A program made the position numbers and the translations under genes. The notes beneath the pieces were generated by a model. That model saw only the letters and a program-made list of their open reading frames with translations, was not told where the DNA came from and made no database searches. From IMG/VR virus record IMGVR_UViG_3300023179_000056, positions 1-64,000 of that record: DNA of 64,000 bases. The stretch is one strand, 5' to 3'. This DNA is from a virus. Shown one piece after another: positions 1 through 9,387 of this stretch (the first letter of the stretch is position 1; each line of letters starts with the position of its first letter).

Positions 1-132
1 CTGCGCCAGTTGTTCCTTGTGCTCCGGTTGTGCCAGTTGTGCCTTGTGCGCCAGTTGTGCCAGTTGTGCCTTGTGCTCCAGTTGTGCCTTGTGCGCCAGT
101 TGTGCCTTGTGCGCCAGTTGTACCCTGAGCTC
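1..132 (-). repeat. 9/18-bp tandem repeats encoding Gly-Ala-Gln/Gly-Thr-Thr collagen triplets
   Basis: Repeated gtgccttgtgcgccagtt units. Confidence 0.9.
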
Positions 133-736
133 CTCCTCCACCTGTAATACCAGTTAGTTGGCTACCATTACCAATAAAGTAGTTGCCAGTGATGTTACCT
201 GTTGTAGTAAGAGAATCGGTAGTCAACCCTTGTTCAGTGAACACCACGGTATTAGAAACACCGTTGATACTAACAGTAATATTACCATTTGCTACTGCTG
301 CCAGAATTGCACTGGTTCCGTTGCCGAGTCTAGAGGTATTGGTTGCAACGATGCCAGTTAACAAGCTGCCGTTGCCAATAAAGTAGTTGGCTGTGATGTT
401 TCCCGAGATACTGATATTGGGAATATTCAACCCGCCGGTTCCTAAATAGATCGAATTGAATCTTAAAGTTGGACTACCTAAATCATAAACATTGTCCCAA
501 CTGGGAATTACTGAGTTTGTTACCAGTATTTTGCCAATCCCGTTTGGGGATAAAATCAAATTACCATTGCTATTGATAGTGCGAATAGTGTTGTTGGCAA
601 TAGCTACATTGCTCAGAACTGGGCCCGCGGCAAAAACTTGATCAAAGTTTTGATTGGTGTAACTAAAAGCAGTTCGTAACGGATCACCTTGTCCGTCATC
701 GGGTACCGCGCCAATATCAATGGTGTATTGTGTCAT
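1..736 (-). CDS. Collagen-like tail/baseplate fibre protein (partial, runs off the window; not in the ORF track)
   Basis: Manual translation from ATG 736: [35 protein letters not shown], a gp9/gp10-type DG.GD.LR.AF anchor motif. Then '[17 protein letters not shown]' repeats and GAQGTT collagen repeats. TAAATA at 755-760. Confidence 0.8.
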   Translation of the reverse strand, partial: MTQYTIDIGAVPDDGQGDPLRTAFSYTNQNFDQVFAAGPVLSNVAIANNTIRTINSNGNLILSPNGIGKILVTNSVIPSWDNVYDLGSPTLRFNSIYLGTGGLNIPNISISGNITANYFIGNGSLLTGIVATNTSRLGNGTSAILAAVANGNITVSINGVSNTVVFTEQGLTTDSLTTTGNITGNYFIGNGSQLTGITGGGGAQGTTGAQGTTGAQGTTGAQGTTGTTGAQGTTGTTGAQGTTGA

Positions 737-780
737 TTTTTGAGTCTCTAGCTGTATTTACCAGACTCTACAATAAGGTG

Positions 781-1356
781 TTATAGCCCACACTGATGTA
801 TAAATGCATTGATATCTATGTGTTCAAGATTTTCAATATTTTTGAACTCTTTGATATCTGCCGTGGTAGGGCCGCAAACACGAATAAATTTAGTAGTTGG
901 AAAATCTTTTACCAATGTAACAACTTGGCGTATCCAATTACCTGTGTAAGTTGGTGCAGCATCTGCGCTTTTGTAAAATGCTGTCCCAGCATACACATTG
1001 TTAAATCTCATACTTGCACTAGGGCCCATGTCAAACCCTAACATATAGATACGATCATGCCCGTCTAAGGCAGCAATTGCACATGCAATAGGTCCTGAAC
1101 TGTTGCCATGATACTTTTTAGGAACAACCTGCGCTCCTAAATCTGTCAATGGTTTTCTTGTGTAAAATCTATGATTTTTACTGTATCCTGATCGTTGTAT
1201 TTCTTCTGCAATTGGGCGATCAGTTGCCACAAGACAATCAGGCGTGTAGTCTCTGTATAAGCCATTGCAGCCATAAACAGATCCCAAAGACTTAAATCTT
1301 GTTATATCCAATGCAGATCTACTCTGCCCATTTCCTAAAACAAATGCCACGGTCAT
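781..1356 (-). CDS. Putative CstII/Maf-like (GT42/DUF115-type) glycosyltransferase-fold protein
   Basis: Motifs VLGNGQSR, VYGCN and SSGPIACAIAALDGHDRIYMLGFD parallel the CstII GNGPS / FRCN / TSG...IYLSGID pattern. Confidence 0.55.
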   Translation of the reverse strand: MTVAFVLGNGQSRSALDITRFKSLGSVYGCNGLYRDYTPDCLVATDRPIAEEIQRSGYSKNHRFYTRKPLTDLGAQVVPKKYHGNSSGPIACAIAALDGHDRIYMLGFDMGPSASMRFNNVYAGTAFYKSADAAPTYTGNWIRQVVTLVKDFPTTKFIRVCGPTTADIKEFKNIENLEHIDINAFIHQCGL

Positions 1357-1390
1357 AAAAAAATCCCCCCAGTATGTAGCTGAGAGGATT
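1357..1390 (-). terminator. Intrinsic terminator-like hairpin abutting the next ATG
   Basis: Minus strand: aatcctctcag-ctacata-ctggggggatt then a T tract; the G-U pairs fit the minus-strand RNA. Confidence 0.7.
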
Positions 1391-1405
1391 CCAGGTTCCT
1401 AAATA

Positions 1406-2221
1406 TTAGGAAGTAACGTTGTTGATAACTGCCAGTGGCACATATCCAGCTGGTGCACCAGAAACTGTTTGTGTAGCAGTATCTGTTTCTGACCCAGACT
1501 CTGCAACTCCACCTTCGTCTGTGAAGAAGTTGGCCACATAGTAAAGCTCACTGCTATAGTTAACTTCTCCCAGGTTATTATTGCTGTACTCATTGGTAGT
1601 ACCAGTCCAATCACGCACCCACTTGTTGGTAAGGTTGCTGGCATAAGCAGTTGAACTGTCTCCAGATTCGTACCCAATGCTCATGTAACCAGCTTCCGGG
1701 GTCCCAGAGTTGCTCAATACGCACACACCTACTGGGTATGCTGTACCATTGCCACCGCTGGTGATTTGAATGGCTGTGAAAATATCGCCTGGCGATACAC
1801 TACCAGTTCCTGCACCAACTGTTTGCCAATTGGTAGATCCCAGCGAAACAATTTGATATGCTTGGCCTACAATAAAGCTGCCATCGGACACTGTACTTGA
1901 GGTATAAGCTACCAAATACTTGTGGTTGCCTTTTTGTCGAATAATACGCCCTGGGCCTACACCGGTAGTATTTCCATCAGGGTATAGAATATTCACCGTG
2001 GCCAACACTTCAGGATAAGTGGCACTAGGTTGACTGGTAGCAGGTGATCCACCAACTACTCCCAAGAACTGCTCTGCATTTAAAGTCTGTGTAGGTGAAT
2101 TGTACACCGGAACATCCAGTGAACCAAAAGGTGGATAAGCAAGATCCACAGGTGTAGCAGCCCCGGGGCTACCGACACCAGTATTTAAACTGTATTTTTG
2201 AATTTTTAGAGGACGACCCAT
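1406..2221 (-). CDS. Putative virion structural protein
   Basis: 271 aa, Gly/Ser/Thr-rich, 'GRIIRQKG..KYLV' motif, AAGGA RBS, late-type TAAATA upstream. Confidence 0.6.
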   Translation of the reverse strand: MGRPLKIQKYSLNTGVGSPGAATPVDLAYPPFGSLDVPVYNSPTQTLNAEQFLGVVGGSPATSQPSATYPEVLATVNILYPDGNTTGVGPGRIIRQKGNHKYLVAYTSSTVSDGSFIVGQAYQIVSLGSTNWQTVGAGTGSVSPGDIFTAIQITSGGNGTAYPVGVCVLSNSGTPEAGYMSIGYESGDSSTAYASNLTNKWVRDWTGTTNEYSNNNLGEVNYSSELYYVANFFTDEGGVAESGSETDTATQTVSGAPAGYVPLAVINNVTS

Positions 2222-2234
2222 TTGTTTGATTCCT

Positions 2235-2242
2235 TATAAATA
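2235..2242 (+). promoter_or_regulatory. T4-type late promoter TATAAATA for the homing endonuclease
   Basis: Exact T4 late consensus 80 nt upstream of ORF 2323. Confidence 0.5.
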
Positions 2243-2322
2243 AGTCTGTAGGTTCCAGCCTACTACGCTGAGGGTTTTAAAAGCAGCATAAAACGCATAA
2301 TTACGTTAGTATTATTTATCAA

Positions 2323-3045
2323 ATGATCAAAAATATACCTTATACATATTTAATTGGATGGACTACGTTGGACAAGTGGTATTACGGCGTCCGATATTCA
2401 AAAAAATGCCACCCAGATGATTTATGGGTATCGTATTTTACTTCCAGTAAAATTGTTCGAGACTTTGTTATCATGAACGGTAAACCAGATATAATACAAA
2501 TCAGAAAAAAATTTTCCTCAATTAATTCAGCACAAGTATGGGAAAAACGAGTATTAAAAAAAATGCAAGTAGTTAAAAATTCAAAATGGCTCAATGGACA
2601 TGATAGCAAATCGTTTGATCCTTCTACTGTGCCAAAAGGTCAAAATCACTGGACTAAAAAAAATACCGCCGCTGCTTTAAAGTGGCACAAAAGAGAAGGA
2701 TGGGATTTTACAAAACAAAACACAAAACAAAATTTAGTTAGACCAACTGGTGAAAATCATTGGACTGCTAAAAATACCGATGCTGCAAAAAAACATCAAC
2801 TTCGAATGAATAGCATTAACAATCCAAATTATAATGAAGATGTTAAACAAAAGAAAAGTGCATATCTTAAAGAAAATAACCCAGTGCATAAAGATGGAGT
2901 CAAAGAAAAAATCAGCAAAACGCTGACAGGAAGAAAGAGACCTCGAAAAACCTGCGAATATTGTAATAAAGATATTGCAGACTCTATCTATACTAAATTT
3001 CACGGCGAGAAATGTAATAATAAAATTATATCAAGTAATTTATAG
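2323..3045 (+). CDS. Free-standing GIY-YIG-like (Seg-type) homing endonuclease
   Basis: N-terminal YTYLIG...YYGVR...YFTSS..V...E pattern; basic NUMOD-like C-terminus (KEKISKTLTGRK) and a CxxC...HG..C end. Confidence 0.7.
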   Translation: MIKNIPYTYLIGWTTLDKWYYGVRYSKKCHPDDLWVSYFTSSKIVRDFVIMNGKPDIIQIRKKFSSINSAQVWEKRVLKKMQVVKNSKWLNGHDSKSFDPSTVPKGQNHWTKKNTAAALKWHKREGWDFTKQNTKQNLVRPTGENHWTAKNTDAAKKHQLRMNSINNPNYNEDVKQKKSAYLKENNPVHKDGVKEKISKTLTGRKRPRKTCEYCNKDIADSIYTKFHGEKCNNKIISSNL

Positions 3046-3058
3046 TGTAAATATCTAT

Positions 3059-4210
3059 ATGAACATCAATCAACTACTTGATCAGGGAAACCAATATCGT
3101 AATGACCATCAACCCGAACTGGCATTGAAATGCTATGCCAGTGTGCTGGGTGAAAATTTCAATCACGGTGCTGCATTCAACAATTACGGCAATGTACTAC
3201 GTGAAATGGGATACCCTGCTCGTGCTATACCTTTTTTACATGCTGCCCATGAAATTGATCCTGACAATGTCACTTCTGAATTCAATCTAGCCGTAGCTTA
3301 CTTGCTCAATGGTGATTACGAACGTGGATGGCCTTATTACGAATCTCGTTGGCGTTATGAACACATGGCTGGTACTAAACCACAATTGCCAAAACCTGAA
3401 TGGTCTGGTGAGGACCTCAAAGACAAAACTATATTAGTTGTAGGTGAGCAAGGGCTAGGTGATCAGATTCAGTTTTTGAGATTCACTGCTAACTTATCGT
3501 CAGCTGGTGCCAAAATAAAATTGGTTTTAAGTTCAGGTATTAAATCTTTATTTCCTGCTGGAGCAGGAAACATCATTTGGGTTTACGAGTCTGGCGATGA
3601 TCTCGGCGAATACGATTATTGGATCCCAATGATGAGTATACCCAGAATTATTGGATTGAGATTAGAAACTATTGCACACCAATTGCAATACGTAGCTGCT
3701 ACTCCTGCCAAAGCACAAGAGTGGGGTGATAAATTAGGTTCAAAAAGACGCATGAGGATTGGAGTGTGTTGGAGAGGTCGAACAGATTCATGGATACACA
3801 ATCACAAGGCCATGACTGTGGAAAAGATGTCCGAACTCATACGCCGAAATCCTGAACACCAATGGATTAACCTAACTGTAGATAGCACTGAAGAAGAAAC
3901 TCAAACTATAATTGCAGCCGGTGGTGAGTGTTATCCAGGCGCAATTCAAGATTTTTCTGATACTGCAGGACTCATGCATCACCTGGATCTAGTGATATCT
4001 GTAGACACTGCTGTTGCACACCTAGCTGGTGCCATGGGCCGTACTGTATGGATTCCGTTAAATGCGTATGGCAATTGTTGGCGTTGGTTGTTGAATCGAG
4101 AAGATTCTCCTTGGTACCCCAGTGCTAGACTGTTCCGTCAACCCCAGATGGGCGACTGGGATTCAGTGATCGACCGCATGCACAAATTTCTGGGATTTTT
4201 CAAAATCTAA
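3059..4210 (+). CDS. TPR-repeat protein with GT9-like glycosyltransferase domain
   Basis: TPRs (AFNNYGNVLREMG), then YESRW, EQGLGDQIQF and DLVISVDTAVAHLAGAMG..CWRW..SPWYPS. Start moved to ATG 3059. Confidence 0.85.
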   Translation: MNINQLLDQGNQYRNDHQPELALKCYASVLGENFNHGAAFNNYGNVLREMGYPARAIPFLHAAHEIDPDNVTSEFNLAVAYLLNGDYERGWPYYESRWRYEHMAGTKPQLPKPEWSGEDLKDKTILVVGEQGLGDQIQFLRFTANLSSAGAKIKLVLSSGIKSLFPAGAGNIIWVYESGDDLGEYDYWIPMMSIPRIIGLRLETIAHQLQYVAATPAKAQEWGDKLGSKRRMRIGVCWRGRTDSWIHNHKAMTVEKMSELIRRNPEHQWINLTVDSTEEETQTIIAAGGECYPGAIQDFSDTAGLMHHLDLVISVDTAVAHLAGAMGRTVWIPLNAYGNCWRWLLNREDSPWYPSARLFRQPQMGDWDSVIDRMHKFLGFFKI

Positions 4211-4243
4211 AAATCAAACTTGGCCTGTGGCAGCAACAGTGCG

Positions 4244-4540
4244 TTACAGAGTTGTGCTGTCAAAAGTGTTGCGAAGTACATTAACGATCCTGGTGCCGTC
4301 CTCTAGCGCCACAATCTCATGAGGCTCACCTTCGCGAAAATTCAAAACAACACCAGCAGATGCTTCTTTTTCCCAGTCGTGTGAAAATGCCTTGATGCGA
4401 CCTCGAGCTACCACAGTGATGTGTACTGATGAACAGTCATGCACATGCAACGGCAACACATCTCCTGCAACTTGAAGGTCATGTATTACCACTTTCAAGC
4501 CACCAAAATCAGCCTGTTTAGTCAAGAGCATCAGGCTCAC
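4244..4540 (-). CDS. Cupin-domain protein
   Basis: LPLHVHD..H..VVARG...EPHEIVALEDGT cupin motifs. Confidence 0.75.
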   Translation of the reverse strand: MSLMLLTKQADFGGLKVVIHDLQVAGDVLPLHVHDCSSVHITVVARGRIKAFSHDWEKEASAGVVLNFREGEPHEIVALEDGTRIVNVLRNTFDSTTL

Positions 4541-4826
4541 TACCTTTCATGGTCAGCAGTGGATCTGGCGGCAACTGAGACAGTTCCTCTGGCGTCATTT
4601 TTCTTTCAACCCAGGTTCCTAGAACCCGGCTGCCATCCACAACATAGTGCTGCTCAACTACTTTGTTTTTGTACAAAGTCTGTATTACAGGTTGAGGCAA
4701 AAACTCAGCCCAGTCTGGGTTTTGCTGCGGATCAATGTTACATTGCAGAAGGTTATCCAAGAGAAATGGATAACCTTGTGGCTGGCCGTCTTTGATACGG
4801 ATAAAGAATTTCTGTGTGGTTTCCAA
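4518..4826 (-). CDS. Hypothetical protein, possible fibre assembly chaperone
   Basis: 102 aa directly downstream of a Gly-rich fibre gene. Confidence 0.5.
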   Translation of the reverse strand: METTQKFFIRIKDGQPQGYPFLLDNLLQCNIDPQQNPDWAEFLPQPVIQTLYKNKVVEQHYVVDGSRVLGTWVERKMTPEELSQLPPDPLLTMKGSEPDALD

Positions 4827-4838
4827 GTTGACCCTTTG

Positions 4839-7175
4839 TTACGATGAGCTTGTGCTGACGTTGGTGCTTGGGAAACTTCTTCCAGAGCCCCATAGAATTC
4901 GAACAGCACCACCACTGCCGAAGTTTCCTTGGGTAACACTAACAGAGCCATCGCCGCGCCCGCCACCACCATAGTTTTTGCCTGTGCCGCCCGAGCCAGC
5001 ACCACCGTTGGCAGACCCACTACTGCCTTCCCCATACAAGCCGACTCCGCCCCCGGCGGTACCAGCAGCATTTCCTGAGCCGCCGTTGCCGCCACCGCCA
5101 CCGCCGCCGAGGCCAGCTGATCCGGTAGTATTGCCCGGTGATCCGTTACCTCCGTTGCCGCCAGGTCCTGAATAGCCTCCGGCACCACCACCGCCACCAC
5201 CGCCACCCGTAGTGCTGTTATCGGCGGTGCCGGCAGCACCGCCGGCGCCGCCACCAGAGTGGACCACACCAGAAATTGTTCCTCCTCCTGCACCTCCGGC
5301 GCCGGCATATGTGCCGCCCTTTGCCAACACATATTTGGTGCCAGATCGTTGGATATAACTGTCAGATCCTGTTGAGCCAACAACCGCAGTCCAGGTTTCT
5401 CCCGGAGTAACTGAGATGTTGTTGGTGTACGAGAGTCCACCACCACCACCACCAGGTTTAGAAGTAGTATCACCTAAACAGCATACACCAGAATCTGATC
5501 CACCACTACTGCCGCCGCCAATTGCAACTACACATATAGACGTGACAAAGGTCGGTACTGTCCATGAGTAGGTGCCAGGCGTGGTGTAAACTGCGTCGCC
5601 TGGCACCGCAACGGCTGTGGTAAACGTGATTGCTATACTTAACGAAACATTTCCATAATCGTCAGCAAAGGCACCTGAATCAATTTCCAGGTAATAAACC
5701 GTAGAGGGCAACATGGCTGGGTATGAGATGGTGACCTGATTGGTGCCACTTGGATTAGGAACATTTGAGCTTGTGATAAGTGTGCCGCCATAGCCGCCAG
5801 AGTACAAGCGATACTGTTTGCCAGACACCGAAGTTACAGCTCTGTTGAGAATCAAACTTATAGTGGAGTAGTTTACATCAACAGCATTGTTGGACGGTGT
5901 ACTACTTGCTAATGATACAGGAGTGCGGTAAACATTAAAACTAACAGTTGCTGAGCTGTTGGTTCGAGTACCAAATGGGTTACCGAAAATTGTCCAGTTG
6001 GTGTCTCGTACAAAGTTGGAGCTAAATCCATCAAATGTTGCCCAATTGGATGGAAATGTAATAGTCTCAGTGTAATCCAGTGGAGATTCGGCCGGCGTGT
6101 ATGCCATGGCAAGTGCGGTGCCAGACTTGTCGTTTCGGTCTACTTGGAGCCCTGACAGTGTACCATAGGTTGGCGTGATGCTTGACAAAGATGGCAACGT
6201 ATCGTTTTGCAGCAGACACAAAAAATGATCAAAAGAAACTTTGACTCCAGTAACATTTGATTTTGCAGCCTTGACCTGAACAGGGCGTATCACAACCGTG
6301 GCACTGGGCACAGAAGCCAGCCACAGTGGAACTCCTGCATCGTTGCTTGATCCGCTGTCGTTATAGGCACCAGCTGCAATCAATATTTTGCCCACGTTGT
6401 TGGTTGATGAATTTGCAGATGCCAAATAAAGATTGGTGTATCTAGGGTTATCGGTTGCTGTTGCGGTTGTAGTGCCAGTTTGAGAATTATATACTCCGTT
6501 GACCGAAAAAGATCCCAATCCAACCACGGTGGTTCTTGCAAGGTCTGATGTGGTATATGAACTTGTGGCAATGTTTGCAAAATTCTGAAAATCTACCTTG
6601 ATACGAAGTGCGTTCGCCGATGTTGTGCCAAGATTGCAACAAAGATAACGAGTCACACCTGGAAAATATGGATCAGACAATGAGTATGCAACAATTGATT
6701 CTTTGGTCAAAAGACTAATAATTGGATAAGGTCTATAAACACCTGCTACAGCAGGAGAGTAAATTTGCGTATTTGTAATGCCATCATTGGTGGCTACCGT
6801 GCCGTTTAAAATCTCAAACTGCCCAACAGGTCCACTGAATTGAAAAAGAAAATAATATCTGTTAGAGATTGAGATATCCTGCGTTACTTGGTTGTTGTAG
6901 ATATTTCCATTTCCAAATGTAAAAGAAATATTGTTTGATCCAAAGCTCACAACAGACTGGCTCCAAGTCACATTTGCTGTGACATACTGAACAGCATTGT
7001 AGAGGCTTCCATCAGATTTGCCATCATAATCAACTATAATGTTGGCAGACAACCCGCTGCTTGAAGGATTAGGTATCACGCGATCCCATCGGTTCAGAGC
7101 AAGATTATAGGTGTACAGCTTGTTCCCAAGAGTTCTGGTTGTGCCATCCTCAGCAGCAGTTAAGTCATAGGACAT
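4839..7175 (-). CDS. Gly-rich tail fibre/adhesin with Ig-like domain
   Basis: Ig-like segment (SSTPSNNAVDV..ISLILN..STVYYLEIDSGAF) and 'YTTPGTYSWTVP..ICVVAIGGG...GGAVRILWG' Gly-rich adhesin domain. Confidence 0.75.
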   Translation of the reverse strand: MSYDLTAAEDGTTRTLGNKLYTYNLALNRWDRVIPNPSSSGLSANIIVDYDGKSDGSLYNAVQYVTANVTWSQSVVSFGSNNISFTFGNGNIYNNQVTQDISISNRYYFLFQFSGPVGQFEILNGTVATNDGITNTQIYSPAVAGVYRPYPIISLLTKESIVAYSLSDPYFPGVTRYLCCNLGTTSANALRIKVDFQNFANIATSSYTTSDLARTTVVGLGSFSVNGVYNSQTGTTTATATDNPRYTNLYLASANSSTNNVGKILIAAGAYNDSGSSNDAGVPLWLASVPSATVVIRPVQVKAAKSNVTGVKVSFDHFLCLLQNDTLPSLSSITPTYGTLSGLQVDRNDKSGTALAMAYTPAESPLDYTETITFPSNWATFDGFSSNFVRDTNWTIFGNPFGTRTNSSATVSFNVYRTPVSLASSTPSNNAVDVNYSTISLILNRAVTSVSGKQYRLYSGGYGGTLITSSNVPNPSGTNQVTISYPAMLPSTVYYLEIDSGAFADDYGNVSLSIAITFTTAVAVPGDAVYTTPGTYSWTVPTFVTSICVVAIGGGSSGGSDSGVCCLGDTTSKPGGGGGGLSYTNNISVTPGETWTAVVGSTGSDSYIQRSGTKYVLAKGGTYAGAGGAGGGTISGVVHSGGGAGGAAGTADNSTTGGGGGGGGAGGYSGPGGNGGNGSPGNTTGSAGLGGGGGGGNGGSGNAAGTAGGGVGLYGEGSSGSANGGAGSGGTGKNYGGGGRGDGSVSVTQGNFGSGGAVRILWGSGRSFPSTNVSTSSS

Positions 7176-7178
7176 GTG

Positions 7179-8426
7179 TTATGGTCTCCCGATTTCTACC
7201 CAACCATTGGATGTGACACCACCACCTGCAACAAGATACATGGACCATATGCCAGACGAAGTGTCTAGCCAAGTGTCACCTTCAATTGGATTGGACGGCG
7301 CTGTAGTAGACTTGGTGACTTTGATACCTTGTGTGCCTTGAACACCTTGTATGCCCTGTATGCCTTGTGTGCCCTGTATGCCTTGTGTGCCCTGTATGCC
7401 TTGACTACCGGTTATGCCTTGACTACCGGTTATGCCCTGAACACCTTGTATGCCTTGAACACCTTGTATGCCCTGTATGCCTTGTGTGCCTTGTGTGCCC
7501 TGTATGCCTTGTGTGCCTTGACTACCGGTTATGCCCTGAACACCTTGTATGCCCTGTATGCCTTGTGTGCCTTGTGTGCCCTGTATGCCTTGTGTGCCTT
7601 GTGTGCCTTGACTACCGGTTATGCCTTGACTACCGGTTATGCCTTGAACACCTTGTATGCCTTGGATGCCTTGAACACCTTGGATGCCTTGTGTGCCCTG
7701 TATGCCTTGTGTGCCTTGACTACCGGTTATGCCTTGAACACCTTGACTACCGGTTTCCCCTTGTATACCTCGACTACCGGTTTTGCCTTGAACACCCTGT
7801 GTGCCTTGAGAACCTCCAATTGTGATGATGTAATTTTGAAACACTTCTGTTTGACTTGTGGCAATCAAAGTGTTTGATACAACTTTATCAGTCACAGTTA
7901 CCAACGTATCGGCGCTGATATTTGCTGCCGGCATGATTGACACATTTGCATCGCTGCGAAGAACAGCGGGCACTGTGGGTGTATTTGATGTTGTGCTGTC
8001 GGGTAGTGCAGTAGCACTGGCAAGAAGCACGGCAGGCACAGCAGATGTATTTGGTGTTGTGCTGTCGGGTAGTGCAGTAGCACTGGCAAGAAGCACGGCA
8101 GGCACAGCAGATGTATTTGGTGTTGTGCTGTCAGGTGATAAATTTGCACTGACACGAAGCACGGCAGGCACAGCAGATGTATTTGGTGTTGTGCTGTCAG
8201 GTGATAAATTTGCACTGACACGAAGCACAGCAGGCACAGCAGATGTATTTGGTGTTGTGCTGTCAGGTGATAAATTTGCACTGACACGAAGCACAGCAGG
8301 CACAGCAGATGTATTTGGTGTTGTGCTGTCAGGTGGCACACCAGCGCCTAGCACAGTCACAGTGGTTGTGGCCTGCGTTGTGCTGTATGGTGATGGGCCT
8401 GTGCCCGGGGCGTTAATGGTAACCAT
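7179..8426 (-). CDS. Collagen-like virion fibre protein
   Basis: 22-aa N-terminal repeats, about 54 G-X-Y triplets, C-terminal 'APSNPIEGDTWLDT' motif. Confidence 0.8.
   Translation of the reverse strand: MVTINAPGTGPSPYSTTQATTTVTVLGAGVPPDSTTPNTSAVPAVLRVSANLSPDSTTPNTSAVPAVLRVSANLSPDSTTPNTSAVPAVLRVSANLSPDSTTPNTSAVPAVLLASATALPDSTTPNTSAVPAVLLASATALPDSTTSNTPTVPAVLRSDANVSIMPAANISADTLVTVTDKVVSNTLIATSQTEVFQNYIITIGGSQGTQGVQGKTGSRGIQGETGSQGVQGITGSQGTQGIQGTQGIQGVQGIQGIQGVQGITGSQGITGSQGTQGTQGIQGTQGTQGIQGIQGVQGITGSQGTQGIQGTQGTQGIQGIQGVQGIQGVQGITGSQGITGSQGIQGTQGIQGTQGIQGIQGVQGTQGIKVTKSTTAPSNPIEGDTWLDTSSGIWSMYLVAGGGVTSNGWVEIGRP
7323..7810 (-). repeat. 9-bp collagen-encoding repeats (GTQ/GIQ/GVQ/GIT/GSQ)
   Basis: Directly visible tandem repeats. 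Confidence 0.9.
7950..8333 (-). repeat. 66-bp tandem repeat, about 6 copies (PDSTTPNTSAVPAVLRVSANLS)
   Basis: Core gtatttg(g/a)tgttgtgctgtc at 7981, 8047, 8113, 8179, 8245 and 8311. Confidence 0.9.
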
Positions 8427-8482
8427 AGTTCAAGTGTTTGTTGACATATTTACCGACTCAGACACAATCATTCTCGGCCAAC

Positions 8483-8505
8483 AAAAAAGCACCCGAAGGT
8501 GCTTT
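8483..8505 (-). terminator. Intrinsic terminator with UUCG loop
   Basis: aaagcacc-ttcg-ggtgcttttt on the minus strand. Confidence 0.85.
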
Positions 8506-8529
8506 CGTGTACTTCCCATCCCAAGGTTG

Positions 8530-9282
8530 TTATGGAGTATTTAGTAGAGATCGGCATTTGGCGCCGTGCCAACGAGCATAGCCGTTGACTGCCACTAATC
8601 GATTACAGTGTGGACATAGTTTTGTTTCACGCTTTTTACCCATGTTGGCTAAACTTCGCGTCAATTTTTCTTCTGGTGTTTGTTTACGTCCACGAATCTT
8701 ATCTCCAATTTTTTGTTTGGTTTCGTTGCTCATAGTTATCCCATAACGATTATTATTTACGCCCTGCTTTGCTGCTGATAACTTTGCCCTATGTTCTTCT
8801 GTTATAGGCGGTTTCTTTTTTCCTAAAGTATTTTTTACTAATTTTTTGTGTTGCTCTGGTGTTAGTTTGTTGCCCAACCTTGCTTGTCTAATTTTTTCTT
8901 TTGCACCAGGTGTATGGTGTTTTCCAAACATTCCGTTGCCCTTGCCACCGAGTAACTTACTTTGTAGCTCAGCATATTCTTGTTTAATGCTTTCATATAC
9001 CCGTGCTGTAATTGTTGTATTGTATCTTTCTTGTCCAGCTTTCTCTGCCCGCATCATTCTCAATGCGTTTAACATTTTATGATGATCTTGTCCTGTAGTC
9101 ATTTTGACCAACAACCAGTGGCAAATAAAATGTTCTCGTGCAGTAAGAGCAACCAAGTTGCTTGACTCGTCTGTGCCACCTAGACTACGAGGCTGTATGT
9201 GATGTTTTTCAGTGTAATTGCCTAGATTACGATTTTTAGCTCGGTCTGTAATATCTTGGTACCATTTATTGTATTTGTTCAT
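8530..9282 (-). CDS. HNH homing endonuclease with NUMOD3-like repeats
   Basis: EKHHIQPRSLGGTDESSNLVALTAREHFICH; repeats such as HTPGAKEKIRQA and EEHRAKLSAA. Confidence 0.85.
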   Translation of the reverse strand: MNKYNKWYQDITDRAKNRNLGNYTEKHHIQPRSLGGTDESSNLVALTAREHFICHWLLVKMTTGQDHHKMLNALRMMRAEKAGQERYNTTITARVYESIKQEYAELQSKLLGGKGNGMFGKHHTPGAKEKIRQARLGNKLTPEQHKKLVKNTLGKKKPPITEEHRAKLSAAKQGVNNNRYGITMSNETKQKIGDKIRGRKQTPEEKLTRSLANMGKKRETKLCPHCNRLVAVNGYARWHGAKCRSLLNTP

Positions 9283-9307
9283 ATGTTTATTTATGTTAGT
9301 TAGTTCA

Positions 9308-9336
9308 ACAATAGCATATTATATAACAAAAGTCAA
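9308..9336 (-). promoter_or_regulatory. Sigma70-type promoter (plus late TAAATA at 9288-9293) for the HNH gene
   Basis: TTGACT-N17-TATTGT with an extended TG. Confidence 0.55.
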
Positions 9337-9337
9337 T

Positions 9338-9362
9338 AAAAAACGCCCCGAAGGGCGTTTTT
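9338..9362 (-). terminator. Intrinsic terminator after the capsid gene (potentially bidirectional)
   Basis: aaaaacgccc-ttcg-gggcgtttttt. Confidence 0.9.
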
Positions 9363-9387
9363 GTTGTCCAAATAAATGGATTGTGGA

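Noticed and set aside
4685-5473. 262-aa alternative-frame ORF
   Set aside because: Overlaps the GC-rich Gly tract of the fibre gene; no motif support.
7950-8333. 66-bp periodic array as a possible CRISPR array
   Set aside because: Whole units repeat with no unique spacers, they are in frame within a CDS, and no cas genes are present.
7329-8544. Long alternative-frame or antisense ORFs (7329..7877, 7331..7825, 7858..8544, 7898..8341)
   Set aside because: Shadow frames of the collagen and 66-bp repeats.
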